A stretch of DNA of 64,000 nt, taken from contig JBFLGF010000096.1 of assembly GCA_050230475.1 (NCBI GenBank), positions 1 through 64,000 of the forward strand, written 5' to 3'. Shown here in pieces: positions 30,921 to 43,848 of this stretch. A model generated the notes under the pieces. That model had not been told where the DNA came from and did not search any database. It was given only the letters and a program-made list of their open reading frames with translations. The translations under genes and the position numbers were made by a program. Within the stretch, counting starts at the first letter, position 1, and the number at the start of each line of letters is the position of its first letter. The DNA comes from Ancylonema sp. Lineage: Eukaryota.

Positions 30921-31873
30921 TCGTTTATAGTATTTGGATTCAATCTTAGATAAATGTCGTCGCTACCAAAACTACACTTTGCTTTTTCTGAATTCCCATC
31001 CCCCTACCGTCCCGAATTTATTCGACCGCCGACTTCGTCCCCCGCGAATAGGGTTAATCTTAACGCACGCTCAAAGATTTGCCTTCATAAACCCACGTGT
31101 CCAAACCTCGTTATAAGAGACATATTTGAAAGGTCTCTGCATCAAGTTTCTTATACACGGTATATTAATTGGTCGCTATAAAAAAAACTCCCAACATTTT
31201 ACGATTTCTTGCACCGGGGTTTGTGTGTCGTGATGTAATTAGTGCACTCCTCCTTATCGTATCATCCATTGCTGTGATTTACGGACATAACAAAATTATA
31301 AGGTCCATCGTGTTTCCTTAATGATTCTTCCGTATTCTATAGAAAACCTCATAGTTGCATACATAAAAAATCGGCCCAAACGGCGTTCACCATACGCGGA
31401 CGTCCGGCATACGCCCATACGGCCAAAATTGTACTTTGATTGTACTTTGCACCCCTCAAAATTTCTGAATCTGGGCCCGGCCAGGGATAAATGGCTGGGT
31501 TTCTCAGATGGAGGTTGTGGGATGGGAGTACGTCATTGACAAGACATGACGTCCCTTAGTACTTTCCGATGCGGAACCTTACTACGAGGTTTCGCATTTG
31601 GATAAGAATGCCACCAAGCTTGTAAAAACGATAAGTTAATAATAGCTCCACCAATCCAAAGGCATAGAAGGCATGTTGTTACCCCGCCGCACACATTATA
31701 TTGAGTAAAGAATCTGATATTTTTATATGTAATGATGCAGCTTACTCCGTTCCACATCTCCAAGCACTCGGGCGAAGAGTGACATCACTAGTGAACAGCG
31801 CGGGTTCATGCGAGAGAAGTTGGGGTGATTATGGCTTTATTTATAACAAGAGGAGAAACAAGTTCACTCCGTC

Positions 31874-32781
31874 CAGAGCTGGGTTGCACAATACGCACAA
31901 TACGCTGAGTTGTCATACGCTAAATACGCGTATTGTGCTCCCAGCGTATTATAATACGCACAAGTACACTTAAAAATGCGCTAAATTTTGAAATTGTATT
32001 AATTGTATTGCAGGTATGAATTGCAGGTATGGCTATTTTTTCGGAGGAAAACAACATAGCGAGGTCCACGTCGTTCGAAATTGAAATATCGAAAGTGAAA
32101 TTTATTCGATACTACATCGCACGGCAAAAATCAACTTCCTTCTCGTTAGTAAACCTCATCCGACAGTCCAAGTTCAAGTTAGGAGTAGGAGCAGTACAAC
32201 GATGAGTAAAAGTAAAAGTAGGACTTATTAAATTGTAATATGATTTTTTTTTTTTGGATTCAATTATTGCATTCGTTATTCGTTATTAATTATAGCACTC
32301 CACTTTTTTAATTACCATACTTAACTAAAAACGGAAGCCCCGGTTGATCCATTGTTGGGATTGGTGAAAACGAAAAAGGAGTATAGAAAAAAAAGAGTAT
32401 ATTTTTGGGATTGATGAAAACGTGTGCAAGTTCAATCAAATTTAGAGAAGAGAGAAGATGAGAAGAGTGGGTCTATTAATGAATGCCCATTCTCGCACGA
32501 ACAAAATGAATAAAACGATTGCACATGTTTTGGTGAAACATGCGCCTATCATGGATTTCAAGGATAAATGTCTCCGTATTTGATGGCCAATTTGATTTAG
32601 AATAGGCACCCGATGTTACCATCCTACTTCCGGATATGTGTGGGGTCTAAAATCGTGAAAACACGCATTTTATTGACAATACACGTATTTTCAAATCGCG
32701 CAAATTTTCAATACGCGAAATACGGCGTATTGTGACCCCAGCGTATTGATAACGTATTGCGTATTGTGCAACCCAGGTCTA
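31874..32781. mobile_element. TIR element (MITE-like), TSD not evident
   Basis: ctgggttgcacaatacgc at left and gcgtattgtgcaacccag at right; subterminal aatacgc/gcgtatt repeats. Confidence 0.7.
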
Positions 32782-33242
32782 GATCAAATGATATAGTCTA
32801 TGTGTTCACCAACTCTAGGATGACGGCAAAATCTTCTGGCCCGAAGAAGTTTTCGGATTGGGTGGATAAGATGGGAGAGAGAGATAGTGGGAAAAAAAAA
32901 TAAAAAACAACAACGAAGTGGAGTAATCTTTTTTGTAGGGAAAAGAACATGACGATGTTATGGAATATCGGAGCACGTTTTCCCAAGCAAACCATTTTGT
33001 GTTTGAAATTTGATATAAAGCCAAAATGATAAGAATGAAACTTGCAAAAAACATGTGGTGAAGAATGGTGGGTTAAAAAATGATAATTGTGAAATAATAT
33101 GAAAATATATATTCGTAAGACAAAAGCACCGGAAATGGAAAATGGAAAAAAAAAAAAGGTGGCTTATATCGAAAATGAGAGTAATGTAAAATAACTCAGA
33201 ATCGAATCTCTCTTTAAAAAAAAAAAAAAAAAAACGTGTACG

Positions 33243-33717
33243 TAGGGATGCGCTCCCCCGTTTGAAATCGATCGGGGGAGGTGGAATCCCCCGTCCCCCG
33301 TCCGCCTCCCCCGTATACGAGAGACCAACTGCGGTGGGGAAATCCCAGCCGCAACGGTTTCATACGGGGGACACGGGGAAAAACGGGGGAAACGGGGGGC
33401 TAATCGGGAGACAACGGGGGACACGGGGGAGGAAACGGAGGAAAACGGGGGGCACGGAGGATAAACCAGTTGGCAACCCAGAATCTGGCGTGTTCCTGGC
33501 CCAGATTCAAGACCCACCCCCCCCCGTAGGCTCCCCCGTGTCCCCCGTAATTCCTCCGTTTCCCCCGTTTCCTCCCCCGCATCCCCCGATTCCCCCGTTT
33601 TCCCAACCTGCAATTGTGTCCCCCGTATTCCCCCGTAATTTGAGTGGAAGGGGATGGTGGATCCCCCGTAAGAGGACGGGGGACGGGGGACCCGGGGGAC
33701 GGGGGAGCGCATCCCTA
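33243..33717. mobile_element. hAT-type MITE, family E
   Basis: 19-bp TIRs tagggatgcgctcccccgt; perfect 8-bp TSD cgtgtacg; cccccg/cggggg subterminal repeats. Confidence 0.93.
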
Positions 33718-33971
33718 CGTGTACGGCTGGCTGTTCGGCAAACCGCCGTGCAGTGTACGGACGTTTGGAAAGGTGTATGGTGTTGCATCCATACGGCTAA
33801 AAGGGCCGTTTCGACGTTTGGACGTTTTGCGTTTGAAAACGCGTACGCGTTTTGTTGCTACTATGGAAAACCTGAAATATTCAAATCCCTACCAATTCCC
33901 TTCCGCATGTTTGGTTCCTTCCTATCGTTTCCTCCCGCCCTACCCCCCTAAAGCATGTTTGGTGCGCGGTA

Positions 33972-34529
33972 CAATGCAGTCTTGATAAAGTGACAAATTT
34001 ATAGACATGGGGATTTAATGTCACTATATCGAATGCTAGGGCTGTCACTATACACTGTATAGTGACATTTGATACGGCGACAACAGGCAAATGTCCCTAT
34101 ATTGAGAAGAAGTGAAATATAGGTCGATACTTTTAAAAGAAGTTTCTCATCTGAACGGCGTTGGTTATAATTTCATATCGCTACAATAAAATCTGTCTAC
34201 ATGATCAATGTCGGAACCCCAAAAAAAAAGAAAATAGATTGGTCATTTATTTACACGTCAGATTTTGGGTGAAACCGAAATCGGGCGGAATATTTTCTAT
34301 ACAATTAGACAAGTTATTAATTTGAAAAGTACAAAATTAGTCAGGTTTCACCGTATAGTGATATCGCAATATTAGAATCTGGGTTTTTTTGGTCACTGTA
34401 ACGTGTGTCACCATAGCGATTGTCACTCAATACAATAGGTTTTCATATTGGATTAGAAAAAGGGCAAAAAAAATGTCATTGTATCGAGATTGTCACTGTG
34501 GAGTGTGTCACTATATAAGGACCTCGTTG
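33972..34529. mobile_element. pogo/Tc1-like MITE, family F copy 1
   Basis: 24-bp imperfect TIRs caatgcagtcttgataaagtgaca / tgtcactatataaggacctcgttg; TA at left; internal tgtcactata repeats; homologous to 48862-48971 + 50691-50840. Confidence 0.75.
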
Positions 34530-34622
34530 TTAGATACTTCGTGATAAGAAAATCTTTGCAGTAAAAATCAATTTTTGGAAAACGTTTACACTGAAAATGT
34601 GATTAATATGAAAATCATTCGC

Positions 34623-34698
34623 TAAAATAAGCCAATTCCCAGATTCTGAAGGCAGTAGTTAAAATAAGCCAATTTCCAGATTCTGAAGGCAGTAGTTA
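34623..34698. repeat. 37-bp tandem duplication
   Basis: taaaataagccaatt(c/t)ccagattctgaaggcagtagt occurs twice. Confidence 0.9.
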
Positions 34699-35195
34699 CC
34701 GCGGTAGGAACTGTAGGGCGGTGTTGCCTGCGCTGCGCGTTCATGGGACCGGCCAACGCGGGCCAAAGCCTCGCGGTACCTCGTGGCAGCCACGAGGCCC
34801 TTGGTGCGTTGCCCTTGGTATATCATTCGCCAGATTACCGGTACCGTGCGTGAAATGGGCCAGCGGAATGATGGTCCCGCTGACCCACTTCAGAGAGCCC
34901 GTTCGTCAAGAGCCCTTGCGAGTAGGTCATCAAAGCGCTGCCTGTGGTCATCTTCTTGACTTCTGACGGTCGTACTTGCGGCACAGTGCTACAAAGTTAG
35001 TTTCTAAATTGAATGTCATATTTTTTTGAAGCATTCGAGTTCTTTTAATAACTGATTAAGAGATTCTTGCTACCGAACTTCGAGTCATCAGCTTTCACTC
35101 GTTAATCAAGGCAGCCAGGTGCCCTTTTCCTGGGTGCCCTTCTGAGTATCTCATCAGGTTGGGATCCGCTCACGGATTTTAATCCTACCGAAGGA

Positions 35196-37419
35196 ATGTC
35201 CAACGACACTTTTGTCTGCCCGCAATGTCCCCGCCAGTATCGATCTCTGTCCGCCCTTATCGCCCACCGGATCGCGAGTCACGGATTCAAGGTACAGAAA
35301 AATAATTTATCCGAGGTAAAGCATGTGCCGATAGCTTACATGCTGCTTGACTTTCTTCGCAAAAGGTGAGGCAAAATACCAGTTTGAACTCTACAACCAC
35401 TCCCGCTATCTTCCTGGTTCCGGACGGGGCGCGTCCGGGGTCCAGCTTTTTTTGAATGACCCAGTGCATTGATTTCTGGTCCAAAGAACAGCGAAATAGT
35501 TTAGTGAGTTGTGGTGATGATTCAAGATCAGCTATGCTCAGATCGGCACTCAGTTCTGTTCACACTTCATATCTGTATACGTACTGAAACGAAGACAGGA
35601 CACTGTGACATGCTGACGTCTGCCTGACCCTGCACAACGTGCATGCCCTTAGCCTGACATGTGAATTATCAATCTTCTAGATGTCGACTCTACAAAATCT
35701 TTCCTAGATGGCTAGCATTAAAAAAAACAGAATGTAATCATTCTCAGGTAGCAACCTGCAATCTATACTCAACGGTCAGCAAGGTAATGAAGTGTTCATA
35801 TTAGAATCACATCACCTCTTTTCTGCGAATATTCAGTTTATTCTTATATGTATTGACCTCCGGTTTTATTGTATGTTTCATTCTTATTATTTGATGCCCC
35901 AGCCGCAGCCCCAGCCGCAGCCCCACCCCCAGACCAACATCCAGGCCCACCTCTGCCCCGTTTGCAGTGCTGAGTTTCCGGATCTAGTCCGGCTGGGGAC
36001 TCACATCCAAATGGCACATCCAGGTAAGGCTTGGACAAGTTTGTTTTCACAATTAAGAGAACGCACTCGAATCACCTTCTTCGCATATGGTCCCAGGAAG
36101 CAGAACCCAGAGATGATGCACTCCTGGATATTGAGGACTCAAGGATAAGGGTGGGGGGAAGAGGGTAAATACAGAATCATTTTCTCGTCTCCCCTTTTTT
36201 AGCAAACCAACCCCCGAAAGCTGAACATGTGCAGTCCCAGGATGTTTCGAAATGCCGACTGTGGTCCTGTCATCATTCGGCCATCATTTGTGACACCTGT
36301 ACTGTTCGCCAGGAACAGGATGCCTGAAAATGAGCAAAGGTTATCACCTTCGGAATCCCCCCCACCACTCTGTTTATCATCCCTTTGGTGGAAAGAAGTG
36401 GACGTACAGTCAACATGAGTGGGTATAATGCGGTAGTGACAGCTGTCATTCCAGTCTGCCTTGTTTCATGTCAGGAAATCATAATTCTAACGCCATGTCA
36501 ACTGGTTTGACATTCTTTTTTGGTTTTTTGGTTCCCCCCCCCCCCCGTTTCCGGCAATGGAGGGGACTAGAATTATCGTTTCTTTTAGAGTACGTGTATA
36601 CGGCGCTCTTTTCCTAAGGTGGCATTAGATTCGGCCTCAAGGGAAGGAGGAATCCCGCTGCTCAACTTCCTTGTCTCATACGAACGATTGGGAGCAATCG
36701 TCGTGTGCGTACAAATGCCCTCTCATTCCGCCCCCTTCATCGGTTGTTTGCCACGTGGATCTGTGCAGTCAAGGACGTGCCACGCGGGACCAACGCGTTC
36801 AACAACATCAGCACCCAATTTTTGACGCAGTGGAAGAAAGAGTACACTCCCAAAGTGGACGATTCCTGGCGGTGCATGGCCGAAAGCGCTGCAAAACGAC
36901 TACGAGCGGTACAAGATGGGGATCATTAATCTAGAGAGGTGGAGGGAAAAGCCCTCTCCCGAGTGCACCAGGAACGGCAACGAGGTCACCCAATTCCACG
37001 GGACGTCCCTGGAGTGCGCCCTGGGGGTGGATCAGAAGTCGACCGTTTGCAACAAGAAGGGTTGCAACTGCTGTAACATTTTGAAGAGCGGGTTCAAGAC
37101 CACCAAGGCGGGAGCGCGGGGTTTCAACCGTTTCGGATACGGGTTGTACTCCACGTCCGTGTCCTCAAAAGCTCACGATTACAATGCATCAAGTGAAGGG
37201 GGTCTGGGGGATCGGAAGAGGGCCATGCTTCTCTGCAAGGTGGTCGCGGGGAGGCCCTTCCGTGTGAAAGTAAGCAACGATTTGCAAGATTCTACAGCCC
37301 CGTCGGAAGGATATGACTCGATTCTTGGGGAGGTTGGGCGTAAACTTAGGCACGATGAACTTGTTGTGTACAACTCTAAGGCTATGGTGGCCACCCACCT
37401 CATACTGTACTCGTATTGA
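35196..37419 (+). pseudogene. C2H2 zinc-finger (2 fingers) + PARP-like ADP-ribosyltransferase-domain gene, copy A; two apparent 1-nt deletions at ~36858-36878
   Basis: Exons 35196-35291 (CPQCPRQYRSLSALIAHRIASH), 35903-36023 (CPVCSAEFPDLVRLGTHIQMAH), 36769-37419 (GNEVTQFHGT, CNKKGCNCCNILKSGF, RFGYGLYSTSVSSKAHDY, RAMLLCKVVAGR, GYDSILGE, DELVVY). Exon 3 needs two frame corrections. Sequencing error cannot be excluded. Confidence 0.78.
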
Positions 37420-39224
37420 GTACATGAGAGTTTGAGGCGTTTATGGACTACCGAACAGTTCAATGTAGATAGATTCTAGGAGATAGTCCTCCATGGTATG
37501 TAAGATAGTGAAGCTTTTTAGGTTATCAAAACAAATATGGTGCATATTTGTTCCTCATGTGGATTTCTATTGGTTCCACTAGCACTACAGTCATAGCGTG
37601 CCTTACTTCGTCATCACAACCTCCAGAACTGAAACCACATCAGATGAAACCTCGAGGGGGAGGTGAAAGTCACCCAAAGTCATCCGAATCGCACACCGCT
37701 AACAAACTGATTCCGGATCTGGGTCCGTCCTTTGAGGACCTTTGAAATTTTCAACCGGAAAATCAGGATAACTAGGGATTTTTTCTTTTGTGGAGAAAGC
37801 CAATGGAAATCACTTTTTTCTTGTATATTTTTGCTTACCCAAAAAAAAAAAAAAAAAAAAAAACAAAACAAAACAAATGCCAAAAGGCTTACAAGTAACG
37901 TTTGAAAATGTCAATTTGTGGAGACTTGAAGTAAATTAGTTTGTTTTTGAAATTTTTTTGATACATTTTTTTTATTTTTTTCATCCGTTGTAGCACCTTT
38001 CTAGTTTCCAAGCCTAATAGCAACTCTTAAACATCGTCAACTCTAAATCAAAATCTTGATTTACATGCAGCGTGTGTTGCATAAACACACCAATTCGGGA
38101 TTCAAAGAAAGTAGTACCCGCTACCCGTCTTCCCCCAAAAAATGTGTAGGGCAATAATGTTTCAGCACCGCGTGGCCCGTGCCGGTTTTGCATCTGTTGA
38201 TTGAAAATAAGGTGGTGTGGTTTGGGAGAGTACATGGCAAGAAATAACACATGTACATGAAGTCACCAAGTTTGTCCTCGTTCACACCGATTTGCATACT
38301 TAATTATCATTCGGTTGTCAAAAGCAAGAAGTTCGCTCATGTTACTTTTTTTTTGGTTAGTTCCATATTTCATTATCGTCACAACGTTGTTATCGTACCA
38401 TACTATTTTCTAATCAAGACTTGGCCGCTGAGATCACTCATCTTTTCGCCCGAATGGTTCGAATATCATTCACATGTTTCGGTTTCGTCATCTCTCCGCT
38501 TGTGGGAGTCACGAGAATAGCTCGAGCTTCCACCGAACCGCCGTGCCACTAGTGGATGGCAAGTATCAGCTAAATCTTAGCCGTCCACCCAAAAATGTCC
38601 ACCGACTATCCACCGAATATCCACAATAATATTCTCCGCTCCTCCTCGCCAACCCACGCAGGCGGTCAACTTGCTTTTGCGAAGTGGGCCCACCTCCTCC
38701 ACTTGAATATGGCACGACCAAGAAGTGCGACGGGTGAAGGAGCCCCGCATCCGAACAAGCCCCCCCCATGCGGAAACTAGGGAAGAGGACGTCGCGTCGA
38801 TTGGCGTGATCCCATGGAGGGCAAGACACGCTCTCCGGTAGTAACGGATCCGTACGATCTCGTGTTGGTCGTATGTGGGGTTGAACTTCTAGGCCTGCTT
38901 GTAAAAACAAGTTAGAAACACAGATAAGGGTAACCCTCGATAACCAATAAAAAATCCCCTACACCCCGCCACCCATTTTTAATTTTCTTTGTAGTTCATG
39001 GTATGAACAATTGTTAGGGCCTTGTTACGAGTCATAGGGCATAAAAAACTGATTCTTGGGCCTACTGATGGTGTTGTATTAAAAAAAAAATAGGGGCATG
39101 GTTTCAGCGGTGAATGATTGAGAGAAAAAAAAAGGAAGCGCGATGGGAACTGCATCAAAATACAACGATGGAAAACCATACACAAATACAAGGCAATAAA
39201 ACACCAAGGTTTCACACACTTCCG

Positions 39225-39420
39225 GACAACCGAGCTACCACACGTCACTCCGCCGACGTCATCGGCGCGTGCGGGGGGAGTGGAGGGGGGGGTAGACATA
39301 CGTTATTTGAACAAAATTTCCTAGCATGGATGGCATGTGCTGACGACCGTTGCAATGCAACCGAAATATGTTGACGATGAAAAATAATCAGGGAAGCACT
39401 ATGGGAAAGAAAATCCCCAT
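39225..39420 (-). mobile_element. Second CRE-like LINE 3' remnant, same family as 30560-30920
   Basis: HRQHISVALQRSSAHAIHAR; DNA similarity to 30568-30705 (accgagctac...actccgccg; agcatggat.gcatgtgc; tgcaatgcaacc.aaa...gttgacg). Confidence 0.6.
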
Positions 39421-40641
39421 ATGTATACAACGAAAGAAAATCAAACACCTTGGGTACTTTTTCTTTATAGATAATTTGAAGTATTACGAAGTAGCACTTA
39501 GAGCAGTTAGGGGATTACTAAGTATCAGTTAGAGCAAGGTATGACTTTGTTACCCCCCCCCAATCGCTAGTGTTGCTCTCTTCGGCGGAGTTACGGATTC
39601 CAGTTGGGATCTTCTAAGGTGGGGTATGATCTTTCGTGACGTGTTGGTCTAATAGTAATGGGTTGAATCATTAGAATCGAACCTCGATATAATTACTTCA
39701 TTGTACGGGATTTGGGGTAACTAGATAGAGTAGAGACAATTTAGTGGATGTATTATGTAGTAACACTCTTCGTGTACAGTATGAGCAAATGGTACTATGA
39801 CGAGCCGCCCGGCCGCCCGTTGACGAACGGGCTGACCTTCGGGATTTCAAGAAAGGAAGTAAAAAAAAGCATAGCTTTTTAAACGGTATATGATATTCAA
39901 AATATTGTTTCTGGGTATTGTAAATGTGACCATGGAGTTGATATCTTCACTTTTATTTTTTTGATTCCGATAAATGTGGAGTTTTAGAAATGAGAATGGA
40001 AACATCAGAACCTTTGAAAGGCTCTTACGTATCCAAACCGCCAGGTGGACATTTCCGCCCGTCTCTCGCCCGCGGGGGAGGTCGCCAGCAGGCGCTGCCG
40101 GGCGGAGATTTTGACGGGGGCGTACATCCATCGAGTCGTGAACACAAATACCAGCGATCGTAGCCGAACATCAGCATTCACGTTGTGTGCGAATCGACGG
40201 ATCGTGTTTCGCGACCGAAGGCTGTCCGCTGCAACGGGACCCGTCTGACGATTGGACCCCTCAAGCCAGGAGCCTCGGAAACCGCGCTCCAGCTAGCCCT
40301 TGGGGCACCGGTTTTTTATGATGTATTGCCACCATGGTCTCCGTGACAACGTCAGAAATCGCAACTTACAGCGGCTTTTTATGTTGTCTGACGATGGCGA
40401 AAGATAGCTGCGTCGTTATGATTGTCTTATGTGATCTATCAAATCGCCCATCAAGGGCTGAACCTTCATCGAGTTAACACATTTGAAAAGCGATCACTAG
40501 GACGAGCACCATCGATCTCAGCCCGACCTTTGAAAGAACCAACATTTTCGGCATAATGATGCAGGCAGGTGCCCTCCTGTTGGGTACAAAACTCTGATTA
40601 ATCCTCTCAGTTTGTGCACGGTGTTCAATTTTACCTGAGTA

Positions 40642-43600
40642 ATGTACAGCTACATCTGCCCGCAGTGCACTCGACAGTATCGGTCTCCTTCCGCCCTTGC
40701 TAATCACCAGGCTGCAAGTCACAAAGCAATGCCACTGATAACTGGTGTTCCCGCAGTAAGCAGCGTACTGATGACTGTCACACTGCTGAGCACCTGGCGC
40801 AAAGCCTTAAAAGCACCATCTTTTAATATGAGGTGTTTGCGAGATGAAGTGTCTCGGTTTGTATGAGTGTATCGAACTTCCAGCCCTGTTCTCTAATCTC
40901 GAAAATAACTCAAGTGTCTGCGGAAGTAATGTGGGTGTGGAGCAAATCGCAAACTGTTTGCATGCAACCGATGAAGTTCAACAATGACTTGTAGCCTCAG
41001 CGCTTGCCAAATCCATGAGTTGACATTTTTGCAACGGTGCAGGTCCAGAATAGTACCATCAAGCCGTACATATGCAGCCTTTGCTCTAGGACCTTCCTTG
41101 CCAAAGAGCATATGGAGCAACATCATGCAACATCGCATCCTGGTAAAGACCATTATCTTTTCTACTCCTGCAAGTAATAGCAGCATGCCTCCAAGTATTT
41201 TGAGAATAGCTCATAATGTAATGCAGACAATGAAACAACAACGAATATAGAATCTTGCATAAGAAGAATGTTTGATGTCGATTATCCTTGGTATTCTCAT
41301 AATGTTCCTTTTATGAGATGTGAGGAGAGAATGGCTCCGCATATGGATCAAGCCCTCTTCCCTCAGCCCTCACTACAGTCAAACTATGTATAGGCACTTT
41401 GGTTGGCCATATTTTGGTGGCTTTAGGGAGGATATGCTTTACACACGATTAGTTTTCACAGGCTTCTGTGGGATTCTGATTTGCCAATTCTGTGCCTTTA
41501 CAGAGGGTCTGCTGATACAAAGGTTGCCTATACAGTGGGTCAACTGTACGAGCTTCTGTCAGCCCCCACTTATCCTCTGTCCTACGACGGAGGTTGCTTT
41601 CTAGTATTTGCTTCTCATCATTTCTGCCATGTCTCCCTTGCTTCTTTGCGACCGACAAGAATACATGTGGTCAAGAAACCTCAAGGGATGGATGTTGATC
41701 GACTGGTTGCAGGCACAGCGCCATCAATCAGCCGAGGTAGCCCGGAGGTAATTTCAATGCCGAAGTTTTTGTTACTTCCTCAGCAATATCATCATAACCA
41801 GATTTCACAACTAGATATTTCACTAAACTTCAGTGAAACTTCAACTATGCTGTATATGCAACCTCTTCAGGTTGTTTTTGCCATCGTTTAGGTGCTCAGC
41901 AGCGTTGATCCTAAACGTACGGCCTCAGGACATACTCGGCACCTCATTTCTACAGAGAAAGCACGGCAACTACACTAGCAACCCCACATTACTTGTTACC
42001 TTTTGAGTGTTCCCTACAAGTGGTACTTCTTTCCTTTCCCCTCAGCACAATTCACACTGCATTGCACGTCCCTCTGGCCCACACCACATCTTCGGCACCA
42101 ACCCCATGCTGCCTGCCTTTAGGTCCCCAGAAACAGTCCTTCTAGCTGCCTCATATACTTCTATTCATCTTCAAGACTTCCCTCTTCCTTTTCCAACAGC
42201 CTCCCTTCTTGAATCCCCGTGTCCCCTGCCGCGCTTGCAACAAGTCTTTCAAGGCGTTACATCACATGGAGGCGCACTTCCTGGCAGCCCACTCGGTGGC
42301 CTCCCCGAATCCGTACCGCTGTAGCGTCTGCACCGCGTCCTTTGCCACGTCCGCGCAGTTGGAGCAGCATGGGGGGGGCGCCCACCCTGTAGCGGCGGCA
42401 GTTGGGGGGCTGGAGGGCAGGCTGGCGAGGACGCACATCACGCCCCTCCTCTGCCCCGTGTGCAGCACTGCGTTTCGAGACCAAGTGCGGCTAACGAACC
42501 ATGTTCAGATGGCACATCCGGGTAAGACTGACCATTGAATAACCGTTTATCCCAACCACGTGTAACACTCCAAACAGGGATTTGAACTCGACTTGAGTGG
42601 GTGCCACGTCATGAAACTGTCGTGATCATGAGTCCATGTCATGTGACCATGAGTGGCTGTTGCGGAAGTGCGGTCGCCCGTTTCTCTTGCTTGAGTCACA
42701 AACCGTGCAAGGATTGGAAATCGGAACTCCATATACTTTCCTTTGTCTATTCCTCCCGCATGTCACCCCATCCCCATTCGGCCATCATTGGCATTACCGT
42801 AGTAGAAACAAGGTGCACGTTAAGGAAAGTTGTGCACGTTTCTTGATTTTTATCCGGATCCTATATATTAGATTTGGAGAATGTCTTCCTACACATTTTT
42901 TTTCCATTTCTAGGGGAGGGGCAACTGAGTGGGTGCAGTAAAGCATGATTAGTTGTCGATTGGGTCTGTTTTTTTGAAGTTGGTCCTTGCTCTTATCATG
43001 CTGGGTTCATGTGAGAGGGCTTTCGGAAATATTTATGGTCATCTCCAATTAGTTCACCAGCATATAGGATCACGTTTTTTTCTTGCTTACAACTCATGGG
43101 CACTCATTTTGGGGATGCATTAAGAACGTTCCTTGAGTCATCCGAATTTATCAACATGCATTGGTTGAGAGTCGTTTGCCCCGTGGGTTTTAATTTCAGT
43201 GACACCTCTTGCAAGCAACAGCAAGAACTTTAAAACAATCAAGAGTCAGTTTCCCGACAAGGTGGGCAACTACACCCACCCCTACCGTCGACAACGTCCT
43301 CCGGTTGCAAGTCCCCCCCGCTCTGCACGAGGAGTACGAGAGATAGAAGATGGGGGTGATCAACTGATAAAAGATTGTACCCCGCACCCGAGTGCCTGAG
43401 AAACGGAAACGAGCTCATTATGTACCACGGCACTTCGTTGGCGTGTCCGTTGGGGGTCGATCCCACATCCGCCGTTTGCAATATGGGGACGTGTAACTGC
43501 TGCAACATCCTAAAGAGTGGTTTCAAAACGAAGAAGGCGGGGGCGCGGGGGTTCAATCGCTTTGGTTTCGGGCTCTATAGCACCCCCGTCTCTTCCAAGG

Positions 43601-43848
43601 CCCACGGATACAATGAGGCCAGTGAGTCCGGGCTCGGCCGAAGGAGGCGGGCAATGCTGCTCTGCAAGGTGGTGGCGGGGCGCTCGTTTTGCACCAAAGA
43701 CAGCACGGGCTTGCACGAATTGAAAACTTCTCCGGAAGGCTGTGATTCCGTCCTTGGAGAAGTTGGGCGAGAGTTGACTCACCCCGAACTCGTGGTCTAT
43801 GACTCAAGGGCCATGGTAGCAACACATCTTATTTTGTACTCTTATTGA
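40642..43848 (+). pseudogene. C2H2 zinc-finger (4 fingers) + PARP-like ADP-ribosyltransferase-domain gene, copy B; frameshifts and stops at ~43260-43375
   Basis: Exons 40642-40755, 42200-42521 (three fingers CRAC..H..H, CSVC..H..H, CPVC..H..H), 43200-43848. The core ART domain 43375-43848 is open and highly similar to copy A (YHGT, RFGFGLYSTPVSSKAHGY, PELVVY). Upstream in exon 3: +1 nt near 43261, TAG where copy A has TAC (YERYKMG), then TGATAA. Confidence 0.8.

Noticed and set aside
38566..38910. Possible RT fragment (VGWRGGAENII) near the CRE-like remnant
   Set aside because: Short match, wrong position relative to the 3' remnant, probably coincidental.
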